Origin: Paecilomyces variotii | Lineage: Eukaryota | NCBI GenBank assembly: GCA_004022145.1 | Contig: RCNU01000003.1 | DNA: 64,000 bases | Strand: one strand, 5' to 3' | In this document: positions 1 through 13,237 of the stretch, piece by piece | Numbering within the stretch: position 1 is the stretch's first letter | Layout of the letters: each line of letters starts with the position of its first letter | Translations under genes and position numbers: made by a program | The notes under the pieces: generated by a model | Seen by the model: only the letters and a program-made list of their open reading frames with translations | What the model was told of the DNA's origin: nothing | Databases searched by the model: none

Positions 1-1339
1 GGAGCGAGAGGACGGCCGTCAAAGTCAGTGGCAGCCCCCGAAGCTATATCGACAGACTACATCCGAACATGACGCGGCTGTTCCTCTACCACCTGCTCCG
101 GACTGGGTCAAAAACAATATCACCTACGCTTGCATGCGGTCTGCACCGCTCCATCCGCCAAATGAGAGGTTCATAGAACAGCTCATCAAGATCCGCAAAG
201 CGAGAGAGTTGACGCTGGATGAGATCGGCGTCCGGGCATACAGTACTTCAATCGCAGCCATAGCAGCCTATCCTTACGAGTTCCGAACTCCAATGGAGGT
301 CCTCTCCCTCCCTGGCTGCGATACTAAAATTGCCAGTCTCTTCGCTGAGTTCAAAGAGAGTCCCGACGGCACTGTAGCCGCGGCACGGGTACTCGATACA
401 GATCCAGTCCTACGCACTCTCCACACATTCTACAACATCTGGGGAGTAGGTGCCAAAACAGCTCGCGATTTCTACTATCTGCGCGAATGGCGCGATTTAG
501 ACGACGTCATCGAGCACGGCTGGGACACGCTCTCGCGCGTGCAGCAGATCGGAGTCAAATACTACGATGAGTTCGGCCAAGGCATTCCGCGCGCTGAGGT
601 TGAAGAAATCGGCCGCATTATCCATCGTCATGCGAACCGCGTCCGTCCAGGATGCGAATACGACGGCCGTGGAGTCGAATGTATCATCGTCGGCGGCTAT
701 CGTCGCGGCAAGGATGTCAGCGGCGACGTCGACCTTGTCCTCAGCCATCGCAACGAGACCGTAACGAAGAACCTGGTCGTCGATGTCGTCCGAAGTCTCG
801 AGGAAGAAGGCTGGATCACACACACCCTATCTCTGCACATGACGACTTCCCATCGCGATCAACAAACCCTCCCTTTCCGCGGCGACGACCCTCCAGGCCA
901 AACATTCGACACTCTCGATAAAGCCCTCGTCGTATGGCAAGATCCCCATTACGACGACAACGACAACGACAACGACAACGACCATAACCCAAACACCGAA
1001 ACTGAAACCGACCTACCACCCGAAGACCAAGCGCGTGCAAAACGACGCCGAAACCCGAACCCCCACCGTCGTGTCGACATCATCATCTCTCCCTGGCGGA
1101 CCGTCGGCTGCGCCGTACTTGGCTGGTCTGGCGATACTACCTTCGAGCGCGACCTACGACGATACGCGAGGAAAGCGCACAGATGGAAGTTTGATTCGAG
1201 CGGTGTTCGGGAACGGACGTCTGGTGGACAGGTCATAGATCTTGAGCGTGGAGGCGCCACGTGGGAAGAGAGGGAGAAGTTGGTCATGGAAGGGTTGGGT
1301 GTGGGATGGAGACCGGCGACGGAGAGGTGTACGAGGTAG
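1..1339 (+). CDS. DNA polymerase X family (Pol4 / pol mu-lambda-like), 5' end outside the window
   Basis: HhH motifs (LPGCDTKIA, IWGVGAKTA), GGYRRGK..SGDVDL nucleotidyltransferase motif, RRVDII, LGWSG..FERDLR; frame is open upstream of the ATG at 134. Confidence 0.9.
   Translation, partial: EREDGRQSQWQPPKLYRQTTSEHDAAVPLPPAPDWVKNNITYACMRSAPLHPPNERFIEQLIKIRKARELTLDEIGVRAYSTSIAAIAAYPYEFRTPMEVLSLPGCDTKIASLFAEFKESPDGTVAAARVLDTDPVLRTLHTFYNIWGVGAKTARDFYYLREWRDLDDVIEHGWDTLSRVQQIGVKYYDEFGQGIPRAEVEEIGRIIHRHANRVRPGCEYDGRGVECIIVGGYRRGKDVSGDVDLVLSHRNETVTKNLVVDVVRSLEEEGWITHTLSLHMTTSHRDQQTLPFRGDDPPGQTFDTLDKALVVWQDPHYDDNDNDNDNDHNPNTETETDLPPEDQARAKRRRNPNPHRRVDIIISPWRTVGCAVLGWSGDTTFERDLRRYARKAHRWKFDSSGVRERTSGGQVIDLERGGATWEEREKLVMEGLGVGWRPATERCTR
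955..982 (+). repeat. (GACAAC)n coding microsatellite giving a DNDNDN tract in Pol X
   Basis: gacaacgacaacgacaacgacaacgac seen directly. Confidence 0.8.
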
Positions 1340-1900
1340 TTAGTTAACATAAGGTAAATATAGTTAACTAAGTATCGATTTTAGTAACTAGCAATCTATA
1401 GATATTTGGGAGCGGATGTGTTGAAACAAGCTAGGGATATATCGTAACCACCATACATATATATACACGCATTAAGCTTGTTTGTTATCAAGATCTATAC
1501 CCCCTTTTATCATCTACACCATTTTTTTCAGTCTATTCTTCAGTTTTCCATAGAGTAAGGATTCTGTTCATTTATCGAAACAACCGCTCGCTATCCCGTA
1601 CATTGTATACATACTAGGAGACTCATTAAGAACACTGAAAACTCATAGAAAACTGCTTTCGAATCCGAACTGATTCGAATCATCGGCAACAACCAAAACA
1701 ACAAAAGGAGAAGAAGAAGAAGACGAAGAAGAAAAGAAAGATGGTGATGAATGCCTAAGATTTTATTGCACATAAATAAATTTCCCCAAGCGCGCTTTCG
1801 ACAAATAATAAGCATACACTATCCCTCCTCCGATTCCACACTCTTCAAGAGTTAGTTTCCCGGTAAGAAAGAAAGAAAGAAGTAAAAAAGTGATCTGGAA

Positions 1901-4900
1901 TCATATGCCCGGCCTTGAGCTGGCCATTTCGCCGTAGCGTCCTCGGGCTCTCGTGGTGTCGTAAGCATTAACTACCCTCATCTGTCCACCTTCGTCGGCC
2001 TGACTGAAAGCATAGCCACGCTGTTTGCGCATGCGCTGTACCTGTCGGACTTTCCTGATGGCCTTCTGGAACTGCTCCATCCGCGGGCGGTAATCTTGAA
2101 CGTTATATTTCTGGATCTCTTGAACGTGATGGTATGCTTGGGGATAGTACATCCGCTTGGCGTACTTCCAGGCGAAATCACGAAGGAGGCAAAGAGGAGG
2201 GAGCACCAGGGCCATTCCCCAAAACACAGGGGAGGTGAAAAGACGGGGAATGATACCGTGGTATTCGTTCGAGAAGCCGATAGCTGGAGCTGCGTAACCG
2301 TAAGCTGGAAGGAAGATCATCCAGATGACCATGGATCCAGGGATAGCGATGAAGGTGTATTTTGTCCAGATGTTTGTCACAAGCGCTGCTTTGCCAAGTA
2401 CCGTGGCCAGAACAGCAGTGTAGAGTGCCGTACCCCACACCCAATGGCCGGCAACTTTGCCGTCATATTGCGGTAGGTCCCACAGGAAGAAGAGCTGCGA
2501 CGCAATGTAGGCAATTAGGGAGTGGTAGAACCCGTTTGCAATCCAAGACCAGAAACTGTGCATCTTAAAGAAAACGCCTTTCTGTCCCAACTGGTAAAGC
2601 TGAGGATACCGATCCAATAGTCTGGCTGAAATGAACTGGTCGAAAATACCCATGGCGAATGGAGGAAGCACCGTGAAAAAGACGTTGTAGAAGGAGAGGG
2701 TCCATGATTCGTAAATGACTTCGCCGGAGAAGGCATTTTGAAAAGCATACTAGACAAAGGGAATTAGCGGACTGGAAGAATTTGTAAGAGCAGAGAGCAT
2801 AGCTTACCCAGAACTGCGTCATGTACAGAGCGATGTTTTTATAGAATGAATAAAGAATAACCTTGCTGATACGTTGATAACTCCAAGCACCATGAACAAG
2901 AAGTAGCTTTCGAAGGAACCGGAACTGAGCAATCGAGACATCGGCAGACCGGGCGGCTTGAAGACCTTCGACACCGCTGATACCGACTCCCACATGAGCG
3001 GCTTGGATCATAGAGACATCGTTTGCACCATCACCAATGGCAAGAAGCAGGGATTTTAGATTCCGTTTGACAAGCTTGACGACAAGAGCTTTCTGCAATG
3101 GTGACACACGGCTTGAGACACAGTCAGTAAGGGGATCTGAGAACATTCTTTTGAGAAGAGTATAACTTACCAACAAACAACCGCCTTACACACGATGGCC
3201 AGATCCAGGAAGAGCTTTTCCATGTCTTTCTCGAGCGCGAAAGTCAAGGATTTACCGTCGATGATAAGAGCAAGTGGTTCCACTTCACCACTACTGGCCT
3301 GGCTCTGAACGGCTTGTATCTTCTTCGTCAAATTTTCTCGCGTCGCCTGAGCTGACTCTTCATTCACGATCAACAGCGTCATGTCCTCTGAGATAAGCTT
3401 GCAAGACATTCCAATGTTGATTGCAGTCTCCTGTCTGTCGCCAGTCAAGACCCAGATCTTAATACCAGCCGTTTGCAACGTGTGGATAGTGTCAGGAACA
3501 CCGTCCTGCAGTCTATCCTCAATAGCAGTCGCTCCCAGAAGATAAAAGTCTTTCTCAATGAGCTCTGACGCCTTATCAAGTTCTTCCGCACGGTTTCCGC
3601 TGACAGTAGTGGCAGCTTTGTCGAAGATCTGGTACCATTGCTGGAACTCGTCCTCTGGAACTTCTCGCATTGCCAAGCAAAGCGTCCGAAGACCCTCTGA
3701 AGCATACTCCTCCAGATGTTGCAAGGTAGCTTCAACGATTGGATTATCCGGGCCGAGACGCTCGAGAATGACGGTATCTGCACCTTTGCAATAAACTCGA
3801 ATTTTGCCATCCGGGCATCTGAAGATTGTCGACATCCTTTTCCTAGTTGAATTGAACTCACAAACTGCCAGCAGTTCGTACTCGTAATCTTGACCGTCCA
3901 CCGTTATGATAACTGACCGCGGTTTCCGATTCGTGAACTCGTACCCCAACATGACAGCACCTTCAACCAGTGCACCCTCATCGGGAGAGGCAGCTTGGTA
4001 CTTGATTTTCCCGGGGTTCTTGTCGTTTCTCTCAGGAATAACAGTGTGGCATGTTGCTAGAAGCGCCAAGAAATGATGGATGGCGTTCCGGGTCGGGTGC
4101 GATTTGAGATTCTCCCGGAGCGTTTTGAAGTCATTAATGCCAGCCTCGACTCCGTCTTCCACAGTGGCTCTTCTGTCTTCAGGGACTTCGTCCGCGTACT
4201 GGATACCGCCGATGCTACACTGCTTGAACTCCATCATGTTGCAAGTCAGTGTACCTGTCTTGTCGGAGAATATGTACTCGATCTGTCCTAGCTCCTCAAC
4301 CAGAGATGATGTCCTGCAAGTGGCCGGAGTGTCCGTCTTGTCGTAGTAAATATCGAGATCGGAGTTTATCAGAAATGCCTGGAAGTATTTGACAATCTCT
4401 ATTGTCACGAAGAGAGAAATTGGGACGAGATTGGAGTACAGCACCCAATACGTGAAAATATCGGAGAAGAACTGCTTTACCACACTGGTAGAGCCATAAT
4501 CGAGATACGCGAGTTGTCCTGGTTTGGCTGTTTTACGGATAACCAAATCTCCGACGGCACTGATGACACTGAGCGCAACCAAAATGAGGACAAGCATCAG
4601 AATCTGCATGTTAACCATGCGCTCGACGGCCGTCCGCTTGATGGGGGTGGCAGTCGCATTTCTCATTAGCTTCGTCTCGTGACCAGTGAAGACAACGATG
4701 CCATGGACCCAGGGAGTATTCCGGAGGGTAGCACCTCGAAGCAGAAGCTGGTCCGGCGCCAGAGAGAGCTCCTTTTCGCCGCCTCCGGCCTGCATCGTCA
4801 ACGTCGCCTCATAGGTGTACAGACTGCTGTTTGGCTGCTCAGACCTAACACGGCCACTCAACCTGCTTAGATCGCTGGGATTGACCAGGTGTGCAGTTTC

Positions 4901-6094
4901 GGGGATTGCCTGCTTGATTTTCAGATTTGTCTCCCCGTCCAGATTCGCAGTTTCAATATAACACAGACCCTCCGGCTCCGAACTTGCCAGCAGGACCAAG
5001 TCCGCAGGGAAAGGCTCCTCTGATTCCACACGCACAATGTCTCCAACGGCCACATCGATCCACTTCACCTCTTGAAATGTTGACCCTTTGAGGACTTTCG
5101 TCTTGGAGTAATTGAGGGACTTATCCGAGCTTTTCCGTTTGAAGTCCTCAACCAACTCCTTGATTGCTGACACTAAAAGCACAATCACCAACGGCCCAAT
5201 AGTAGTATATCGATTTGTTGGTGAAATATTCGGAATCTGTTGCAAGACGGCGGTAAACAGGAAAAACAGGTTGGCATATTTCGAGAACTGTTCGAAGAGG
5301 AATTTCGGTATAAACGTGATGATGTTATATTTGGCAGTTGACACATGGTTGTCGACGTATTTGTTAGCAGCGTTGGCAGGGGGGTTATTGAGCAGGATAA
5401 CCCGTGGCCCCAATGTCGAAGGGTCAGCTTTCCTCCGGCCAAAACCGAATTTGAAATCGCCCGCGCTATATCTCTTTCTCTCTTTACTTTGAGGCCCATC
5501 CTCTTCAGTCGCATCAACCCGCGCATTTCTTGCCCCAGCCTCCGTCAGAGGCAAATCCATCTCGGAGTATTCAGGGGCCATGCCAAGCATGTGCTTCGCC
5601 CTCCCCATGAGTCCACCACCCAGGCTAAGAATGCTGTTCCTTTCCTTTGCCCTTCTGACATGTTCCGCAGACGGGATATGATCGTCATCTCCCTCTAGAT
5701 TGTAGTATCCGCGCCCAGAGCGATCATCTTCAAAGTCCTCAACATCGGAATACCGGTGATAATTGTCCAAGTCCGATGTCTGCGAGTAGGTCCTGGTGGC
5801 TGAGCCAGTCATGTACGAATCGTGCAAATGCGAATCATTCTGGGAAGCATATTGCGCCGAGGCCGCGTGAGCCGCTGAGCCAGGTGGCTGTCTTGCGCCG
5901 ACGAAATCATCGTAGGACACGGACGGTCGTGGCTGGCCTTGATCGGAGGCATCAATATTGAACTGGTGTAGCAAACGGTCATCATTCACCGGCGGTCGCT
6001 GGCCGCTATTGTATATGGGCGTCGTCTCCTCCAGTAGCAGATCCTCATCGCGGCCAGCGGATGGATGGCTCCCCGGAGGCCTACCGCTGGCCAT
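1901..6094 (-). CDS. DRS2: P4-type ATPase phospholipid flippase, Drs2/DnfB type; two short 3' introns (~3112-3170, ~2751-2807)
   Basis: DGETN, DKTGTLT phosphorylation site, ASPDEGALV, LTGDRQETA, AIGDGANDV, C-terminal GYAFS motif; start taken as MASGRPP at 6094. Confidence 0.93.
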
Positions 6095-6981
6095 GGTGTT
6101 TCGGGCGGACAAACACCCTGACTAGCCTAGACTTGCAGTCGAAGGGATGCCCGAGAGGCATTGAAATCGAAAACGAACGTGAAATAACAACTCGCGGGGG
6201 AACGAGAGGAAGCGCGTCAGAGGAATAATTACCTGCGTGGTTGCGTCCAGAAGAAGGAGAACTGGTGGCTTAGCCCTGCGCTGTTCGACGGTTGACAGCT
6301 TTGACACGGGGGATGCTGGCGTAATAAACGTAAACCAATCGTTACCGGCCCGCGTATGGGGCTCGTATGGCCTGATACCAGCCCCTTCGACAACAGACGT
6401 CGCAGCCTCGACACAGCGACACACTCAAACACTGGCGGCAGTTGCTCACTGGTAAATGATGTTTAGAAGAGGGGTCGCTATCCTCAGTCTGGGTAAGACT
6501 CGTCTTGGACTCATCAGACAAAAGGACCAGCGTGCCATGTATGAAAAGTCCAATACCAGACAATCTATCCGGAATGCTGGTCACAATCATACAGTCGTCC
6601 GGGGACACAATATATACTAGATTACGCTAAACGCATAAGAAACGAATTGAATGAATTACTGAACAGCGACGGCATCCACGATCTATCTGTTCTGCCTAGG
6701 CCGTGATAAATTAGGTCTAGGAGTACAAGTTACTCCGTCTTGCACTGTGGATAAGTTCCACGCGGCCGTTTTACCGCCAAGAGTTGATACGAGATTTATT
6801 TATAACGGCACTCCGCAATTTCTCCCACGTGCTGACGATGCTGCAACGGTCTGACTATCTCGATAAGTCATCACTTCATTATTTCTGAATTCCTTCCTTT
6901 TTGAAGTCCGTTGAATGATTATGATACATGGTTTTTCTTTTTGGAAACGAGACAAACCGCCCACTACCGATCATACGACTA

Positions 6982-7968
6982 TCACCGATCGTTCTGCGCA
7001 CTCGATTCAGCTCCACGATTCCTTTTGGCACGCTGCGCCATATCAGCCGCCAGAAGCTTCTCAATAGTTGCATTGATCTCTTTGACCTTTTGCAGCGCAA
7101 GAGATGACTTGACCACAATGTTCATCGCACTAACGGGGAAGCCGGATGACTTGGTCAAGGTGCAGATATCCCCAGTGTTGTTCAAAGCAATCACGATATC
7201 GCCCTCTGCTGCCTGTTCCTCTTTGAGGGTTGCATCCATGAGAAGCGACTTTCCCTCATTGAATGTATGGAAGGTAACTGTAAGCGGCTTGTGGGTGATG
7301 TTAAGCGGGACCGGGACACGCTCATCAATGTCGTAAACGACAACCTGTCCATCTTTCACTACGGCGTCAGGTCGACGGAAGTGCTGGAGGCCTGCCATGA
7401 CAGCGATACAGGATGCATCGATCAGATTGCCGTCGTAGTCAAGAACGTGTACGTCCGCACGGATGCTCCAGCAGCTGACTCCCTTCACAATGCAGAGAGA
7501 TTCTGTGTCCAGAGCATTGGAGTGGCGGATAACTCTGTCAAGGATCCGCGTCACGTAGGGCTCGAGATCGATCTGACTGCATGGATATATTAGCACAATT
7601 CATATCTGTAGAGAACAATCCATTCCCGCACCGTCCGTTCTCCCATGCTGGAGAGCCCATAGCACTCAACTCGAGCGCGATGAGGAAGATGCCATCTGTC
7701 GGACGGTCATCGCGAGGTTTGCTCACCTCTGCAGAAATGCGGACAGCAACGCTGCCAGGAACAAGTCAGTAAAAATTCGGTTTTGCGTCCGGGAGTAGAC
7801 TTACGTTGTCCGTCCTAGCCGCACCGTCACCAGCCCATATTCAGGACCAAAGGAGATGTGCAGAGGACGGAATTCGTCAAAACGACGTCCATCCAAGCGC
7901 ACATCTTCCTGCAGCGCCTCAAGGATAAAATCGCGCTCCGCAATAGAGAGCGGCGCTTCTTTGGACAT
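6982..7968 (-). CDS. RRP45: Exosome core subunit Rrp45 (RNase PH fold), 3 exons
   Basis: MSKEAPLS..RLDGRRFDEFR, ALDTESLCIVKG..WSIRADVHVLDYDGNLIDA, HFRRPD; GT-AG introns near 7751-7805 and 7576-7629. Confidence 0.92.
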
Positions 7969-8254
7969 GCTTGGAGAAAAAGCACTCGCGCGGAGGGGAG
8001 CTTGGCCCCAGCGCCGACTGAGCAAAGAGATCGCCTCGCGCAGGTTAGTAGAGAGAGCGATCTGGTTGGTTCGGTGAAATGTTTTTGCGAGGCGCGTAAA
8101 AAGGTCGAATATATGTACTAATCGGGTAGGCGGTAAGCCCTTCCCGTAAGGACGGCAGGTGACTTCACGGCGTTCCTGGACTGATCCTGAGCGTGATTAT
8201 TACCAGAGAATACTTTCAGTGGTATCTTGCACAGTCGTTCTACAGTGTCTCAAC

Positions 8255-9323
8255 ATGACTACAGGTATGTTACATGTCTTCAGCTATCTCGAATATATGC
8301 TCATCTGTTGCAGCACACAGACCCACGTTTGATCCGGTAAGACGCATTCTCGAACCCGACAGTGAACATTATGGCTTACGGAGCAATAGGCGCAAGGACG
8401 GGAGGCCCTGCGTGGGCCAGCATATCACCAACGCCTGCTGCCTGCGTATATGCACTTGAAAGTTCGGTACGTAGAGAGAAGGTCCCTTGAATCGTTACCA
8501 TATCTTACATGTCCCTACAGGCAACCTGGACAAGGCACAGAAACCGAATCGGAAGTTCGAGACCTTCGTGCGGAGCTGCTGAAGGCAGAGGCTGCCCATT
8601 TTGCGAAGAAGAAGGGTATCAAGCCGGAAGATGATGTTACAGATACAGCTCCCGCAGTTAAGCGACAGCTCGAAGGTGCAGCTGCTGGAGGAGATACCGA
8701 AGAAGAGGATCCTGAAGCGAAACGGCGGCGAATATTAGAGGAAACACGAGCTATAGACGCTGATTCAGAGGCATCTGACAGCGATAGTAGTGAGGAGGAA
8801 AGGTGAGCCTCGGATCTATCTCTGTCTCACGTGAGCTAGACTGATAGCCCCAGTGATGAGGAAGATGAAGCCGCCGAACTCATGCGTGAGCTTGAAAAGA
8901 TCAAGCGGGAGAGGCTCGAGCAGAAGGAAAAAGAGGTAAACACGACTTATCGGGCATGGACACTCAAAGTACCTACTGACCTTTCTCAAAAGGAACGCGA
9001 AAAAGCCGCCCAAGAAGAGGAGAAGCGGGAATACGAAATCGCTAGGGGTAATCCGCTCCTCAATCCCCAAGACTTCAACATAAAGCGGAGATGGGACGAC
9101 GACGTTGTGTTCAAGAACCAGGCCCGTGGGACGGAAGACAAGAGGGACAAGGAATTCGTCAACGTAAGTGGTGTCAATCAGAACGCTAATTATGTCACTC
9201 GCTGATGTACCGCAGGATTTGCTACGATCTGATTTCCACAAACGCTTCATGGTATGATACACATTCTTTCTTGTCCAATGTGTTTGCGGCTGACATCGAT
9301 CACAGTCAAAATATGTACGATGA
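8255..9323 (+). CDS. CWC15: Pre-mRNA splicing factor Cwc15/Cwf15, multi-exon
   Basis: Spliced [47 protein letters not shown]. Confidence 0.92.
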
Positions 9324-9918
9324 TACCATACGGCACGCCATTTGCTGCTCATCCGGGCATACTGGCTCCGCTCACCGCTGTTGGGTGCTATGAAATCACG
9401 CAATTACCGAGCTTTGGATGTGCACGCCTCTGTTTACTGAAGTCCTGTGGGTTAATAGAGAGCCTCCCCATGCCAGACCTTGATGCATGCGAAGCGGCTT
9501 TCTCGGTGGTCACTTCATTGGGTGCGATCAGCTATCGGAGAAGTTAAGTTAACCTCCGCTTTCTTCTCGGCCATTCTTAAAATTGTGCTGTCGCAAAATC
9601 GATAGTATCGAAAGTCAATGACACACTAGAGCTGAGGAGGACCAATCTAGTCTAGTTGTTGTGGCTGTGGATTCGGTGGCTTGTGCGATAGCAGGTTTAG
9701 GCCGAGAACAGGGAACGGTGGGGTTTAGAACCCCCATCATTGTCATCATCAGATGCCGAAAAACACCGCAAGCTCATGCTGCTAATCCGTTTACGCAACC
9801 GCGCTGGGGCGAGCACGCTTCTAAAGCAAATTCTATAGACATAGCTCTGAATCTACCACTATAGCTTGGACTGCGCCACTCCTGGTGTGCTCATTGAGGC
9901 TTGACGGCTTGAGCAGAG

Positions 9919-10061
9919 CCCCTGAATACAATCAATGGTCAATGGAACGGTTCATGGATGGTTCAATTGTGGCGTGTAGAAGCCCCTCACGAGCTGAATC
10001 TACGTATGCAAGCTGGCTGCTGAATAACGACGAAGCCCCTCCCCTGTTCTGAGTATTTAAA
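9919..10061 (+). promoter_or_regulatory. Four CCCCT (STRE-like) elements plus TATTTAAA upstream of the NDSYG-repeat gene
   Basis: CCCCT at 9919, 9983, 10036, 10041 (three as AGCCCCT); TATTTAAA at 10054-10061. Confidence 0.5.
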
Positions 10062-10170
10062 GCAGCCGAGTGTCCCTGTTGTTCTGTTTTCTTTTCATCT
10101 CTGTATCTCGAATCTAATCTTACAAACCCTTATCTACAATCCTTTCACAATCATTATCTGATCAATCACA

Positions 10171-11139
10171 ATGTCTTTCAACCGTGACAGTGACTACGTA
10201 TGCTTCCCTAACACCTATCTATGAACGACATGCATATACTAACTTGAGTAGAGCTCCGGTGGTTCCGGTGGCTACGGTGGTAACGACAGCTTCGGAGTAA
10301 GTCTCTAATGATTGCCCTTTTGCATGTGTATTCAGAGCTGACATCGATTGCTTTAGTCTTCCGGCCGTGGAGGCAATGACTCCTATGGCTCCTCTGGCAA
10401 CGACTCCTACGGATCTGGAGGAGATTCGTACGGCTCCAAGAATGACAACTCCTTCGGCGGCTCTTCCGGCCGTGGAGGCAACGACTCGTACGGTTCTTCT
10501 AACAACGACTCGTATGGATCTGGCCGCGGAGGCAATGACTCGTACGGTTCATCCAACAACGACTCATACGGCTCCTCTAACAACGACTCCTTTGGCGGCT
10601 CCGGCTCTGGCCGTAGAGGCAACGACAACGACTCGTACGGCTCCTCCAACAACGACTCGTACGGCTCCTCTAAGAGCGACTCGTACGGCTCCGGCCGTGG
10701 AGACAATGACTCCTATGGTTCCTCTAACAACGACTCATACGGCTCTGGCCGTAGAGGCAATGACAACGACTCGTACAGTTCCTCCAACAACGACTCGTAC
10801 GGCTCCTCTAAGAACGACTCGTACGGCTCCGGCCGTGGAGACAATGACTCCTATGGCTCCTCTAGCAACGACTCGTACGGCTCTAGCCGTAGAGGCAATG
10901 ACAACGACTCCTACGGTTCCTCTAACAACGATTCGTACGGTTCCTCTAACAACGACTCATACGGCTCTTCTAAGAACGACTCGTACGGTGGCTCTAGCTC
11001 CGGCCGTGGAGGCAATGACTCCTATGGCTCCTCTGGCAACGACTCTTACGGCTCTGGCCGTGGAGGTAATGATTCGTACGGTTCTTCTGGCAATGACTCG
11101 TACGGCTCTGGCTCCGGCTCTAGCGGTAGCCGATGGTAA
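10171..11139 (+). CDS. ~284-aa low-complexity G/S/N/D/Y-rich NDSYG-repeat protein; exons 10171-10197, 10252-10296, 10357-11139
   Basis: ATG in good context (cacaATG), two GT-AG introns with CTRAC branch sites, about 22 exact NDSYG repeats with synonymous third-position variation, which identifies the true frame. Confidence 0.85.
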
Positions 11140-11604
11140 TGATCTTTCCTGGACGCAAACAACATCTGAAGATACCTATGGCATTGATTATGCTAGAATA
11201 TATGGATAGCACCTCAGAATAGTGCTTCTTGAATTGATTTAATTTGAACGTTTAATCGCAACAATAGTTACCATATTGTCTTCTCACTGCGTAGTCACGC
11301 TTCCAGCCAGAATGGAGGGGCACATCATTACTCCAAGCACGGTCTCCAGCTGAGATCCCAACATCTCATATAAGGTTCGACGGCGTCATCTGCTCGGTGG
11401 GGAATCTGGATTGGGCTTCGTGGTTGTGATTGGCCGACAACTGATACGATTTGCGATCAAGATCGAGGCTCTCACCGCCGCTTTTTCCGCCCTTTCCATC
11501 CGGCAGTAACCTTAGATAGCTTCCTCCTGTACCACAATTTCTATCCTTTTACATAGTATCTATCGATCGATCTATGAAGCGCTACGTCGTCAGATCAAAA
11601 GAAT

Positions 11605-12216
11605 ATGGAGTCTCAACCAACGGTCAAGTCATTACATAGTTAGTAACTTCCCAAATAATATGTATATCTTGGTGCGAAAGTGATTGATCGACGGTGCTGA
11701 TGCTCGAAACGTAACCCACGAACAGATCGTATCAATGCCGATATCTCGCAGTTGCTGCAGCGGTTTGAGAATATCATGGCCACGGCCACAGTACGTACTG
11801 TCCTCCTCATCCCTGTCCCTAAGGTTTCCCATGACCTCTACTGCATATCGCACGTCGAAATCTTGACTGATGTTTACCCCACCTCACAGGTAGAGAACAC
11901 TAGCTACACAGCCACCTCCGTCGAGACATATCAGCTTGACGTCGAATCCACGGCTCTAGTAAGTCTGATACACATCACGCCACACACTCCTTCCATGTCT
12001 CGAAAATAGATTACTAACTCGCTCGTTCGCTAGATCCGCGCTGCGGAAGATATCCTCTCACTGACGCGTACGATGAAAGAAACCTGGCTATTCGGAAAGC
12101 TGGATACGCTGGAAGAAGACGAGCGCGACATTAAGCGGAGAGAGCAGTTAGAGAAGGATGCGCTAGCAGTAAAGCAGGCTGTCGAGGAAGGTGGTTTGTT
12201 GAAGGTCGCGGAGTGA
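11605..12216 (+). CDS. MED22: Mediator subunit Med22 (Srb6/Surfeit-5 family), 4 exons
   Basis: Spliced RINADISQLLQRFENI..VESTAL|IRAAEDILSLTRTMKETWLFG is the Med22 signature. Confidence 0.8.
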
Positions 12217-13122
12217 TTTCCTGAGTTTAGACTTGCTGGCGTCTTGGGTTCAGCTGGGCTGAAAATGGAGCTAGGGCGTTTTGTGTTTATCTCCCAGAAC
12301 AGCTTTCTGGGATATTTCTAAGACTTATAGCAGCAGTTATTGAAAAGATGTGCTAATCATCAAGGAACGACAAGGGTCGTAATTCATTCCCCGCAGCAGT
12401 CGTGATATCAAGAACATGTTCAACACCTCGATTGTTCGTTGAGAGATCCCAGCCACAGTTGTTACATGTCCATTTCTTCTGGACATGATAAGGAAGTGGT
12501 ACCATTACCAGCATCGAAGTAAACCACGGAGTGTTCTGCCGTAGACCGTTTCTATATCTTCACTATTTGTCTCTTTCTGGCGCTTGCGATTGGTCTTTTT
12601 GAAAATTTCCCAAGTGAAAAGAAATGCCGATTCTCTCGTCTACCCACGAGGCTGGAACATGGCTGTGGTAATGCGTGTCCAGCGCGTAGCTGTTTCGCAG
12701 ACCCTCAGAGTTCTAATTGGCTCGAGGGTTTCCAGACGGGCATCTTACCGCCAGGCTCCAGCTGCAAATGAACCCATGTATCGTACCTTTGATAATTTGC
12801 CGTCCATCTTTTTTTTTTCTTGTTTTACTGTCCTCTTACATTTTGCAGTTTTCTCTGCATTCATTAGGAGGGTATTTCCCATTTGGCGTTTTCTGGGAAG
12901 TGCCAACCGTTTTACAGTTTACAGGAATACCTCTGTTCCTTGTGGGCATGTATTGTCCAGCATTGTATGTAAATCACTTAGAGCAGGTGAGAGAAAAACA
13001 GAATTCCAGAACCATTCATAATAGCATGGTTTAGTTTATTTGCCGGATTGATATTTTAATCGGCTACAATGCACGGAAGACAATATGGAGAGAAAAAAAA
13101 ATAAATTGCAAAAAGAAACTCA

Positions 13123-13237
13123 TGACAAGAGTGGGATTCGAACCCACGCCAGCTTACGCTGATCAGGAACTTAACTGAGAAGTTGGTATTAAGGTAGACC
13201 TTAACCTGACGCCTTGGACCAACTCGGCCATCTTGCC
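13123..13237 (-). tRNA. tRNA-Leu(AAG) with anticodon-loop intron
   Basis: Reverse complement GGCAAGATGGCCGAGTTGGTCCAAGGCG-TCAGG-TT-AAG-G..intron..CCTGA, long variable arm, GTGGGTTCGAATCCCAC T-arm, acceptor stem GGCAAGA/TCTTGTC+A. Confidence 0.93.

Noticed and set aside
10357-11110. Regular repeats as a possible CRISPR array
   Set aside because: Coding tandem repeats without unique spacers, in a eukaryotic genome with no cas genes
10367-11209. 280-aa Thr-rich mucin-like ORF in the ORF track
   Set aside because: Shadow frame of the NDSYG-repeat gene: it begins at GTG, and repeat variation is synonymous only in the NDSYG frame
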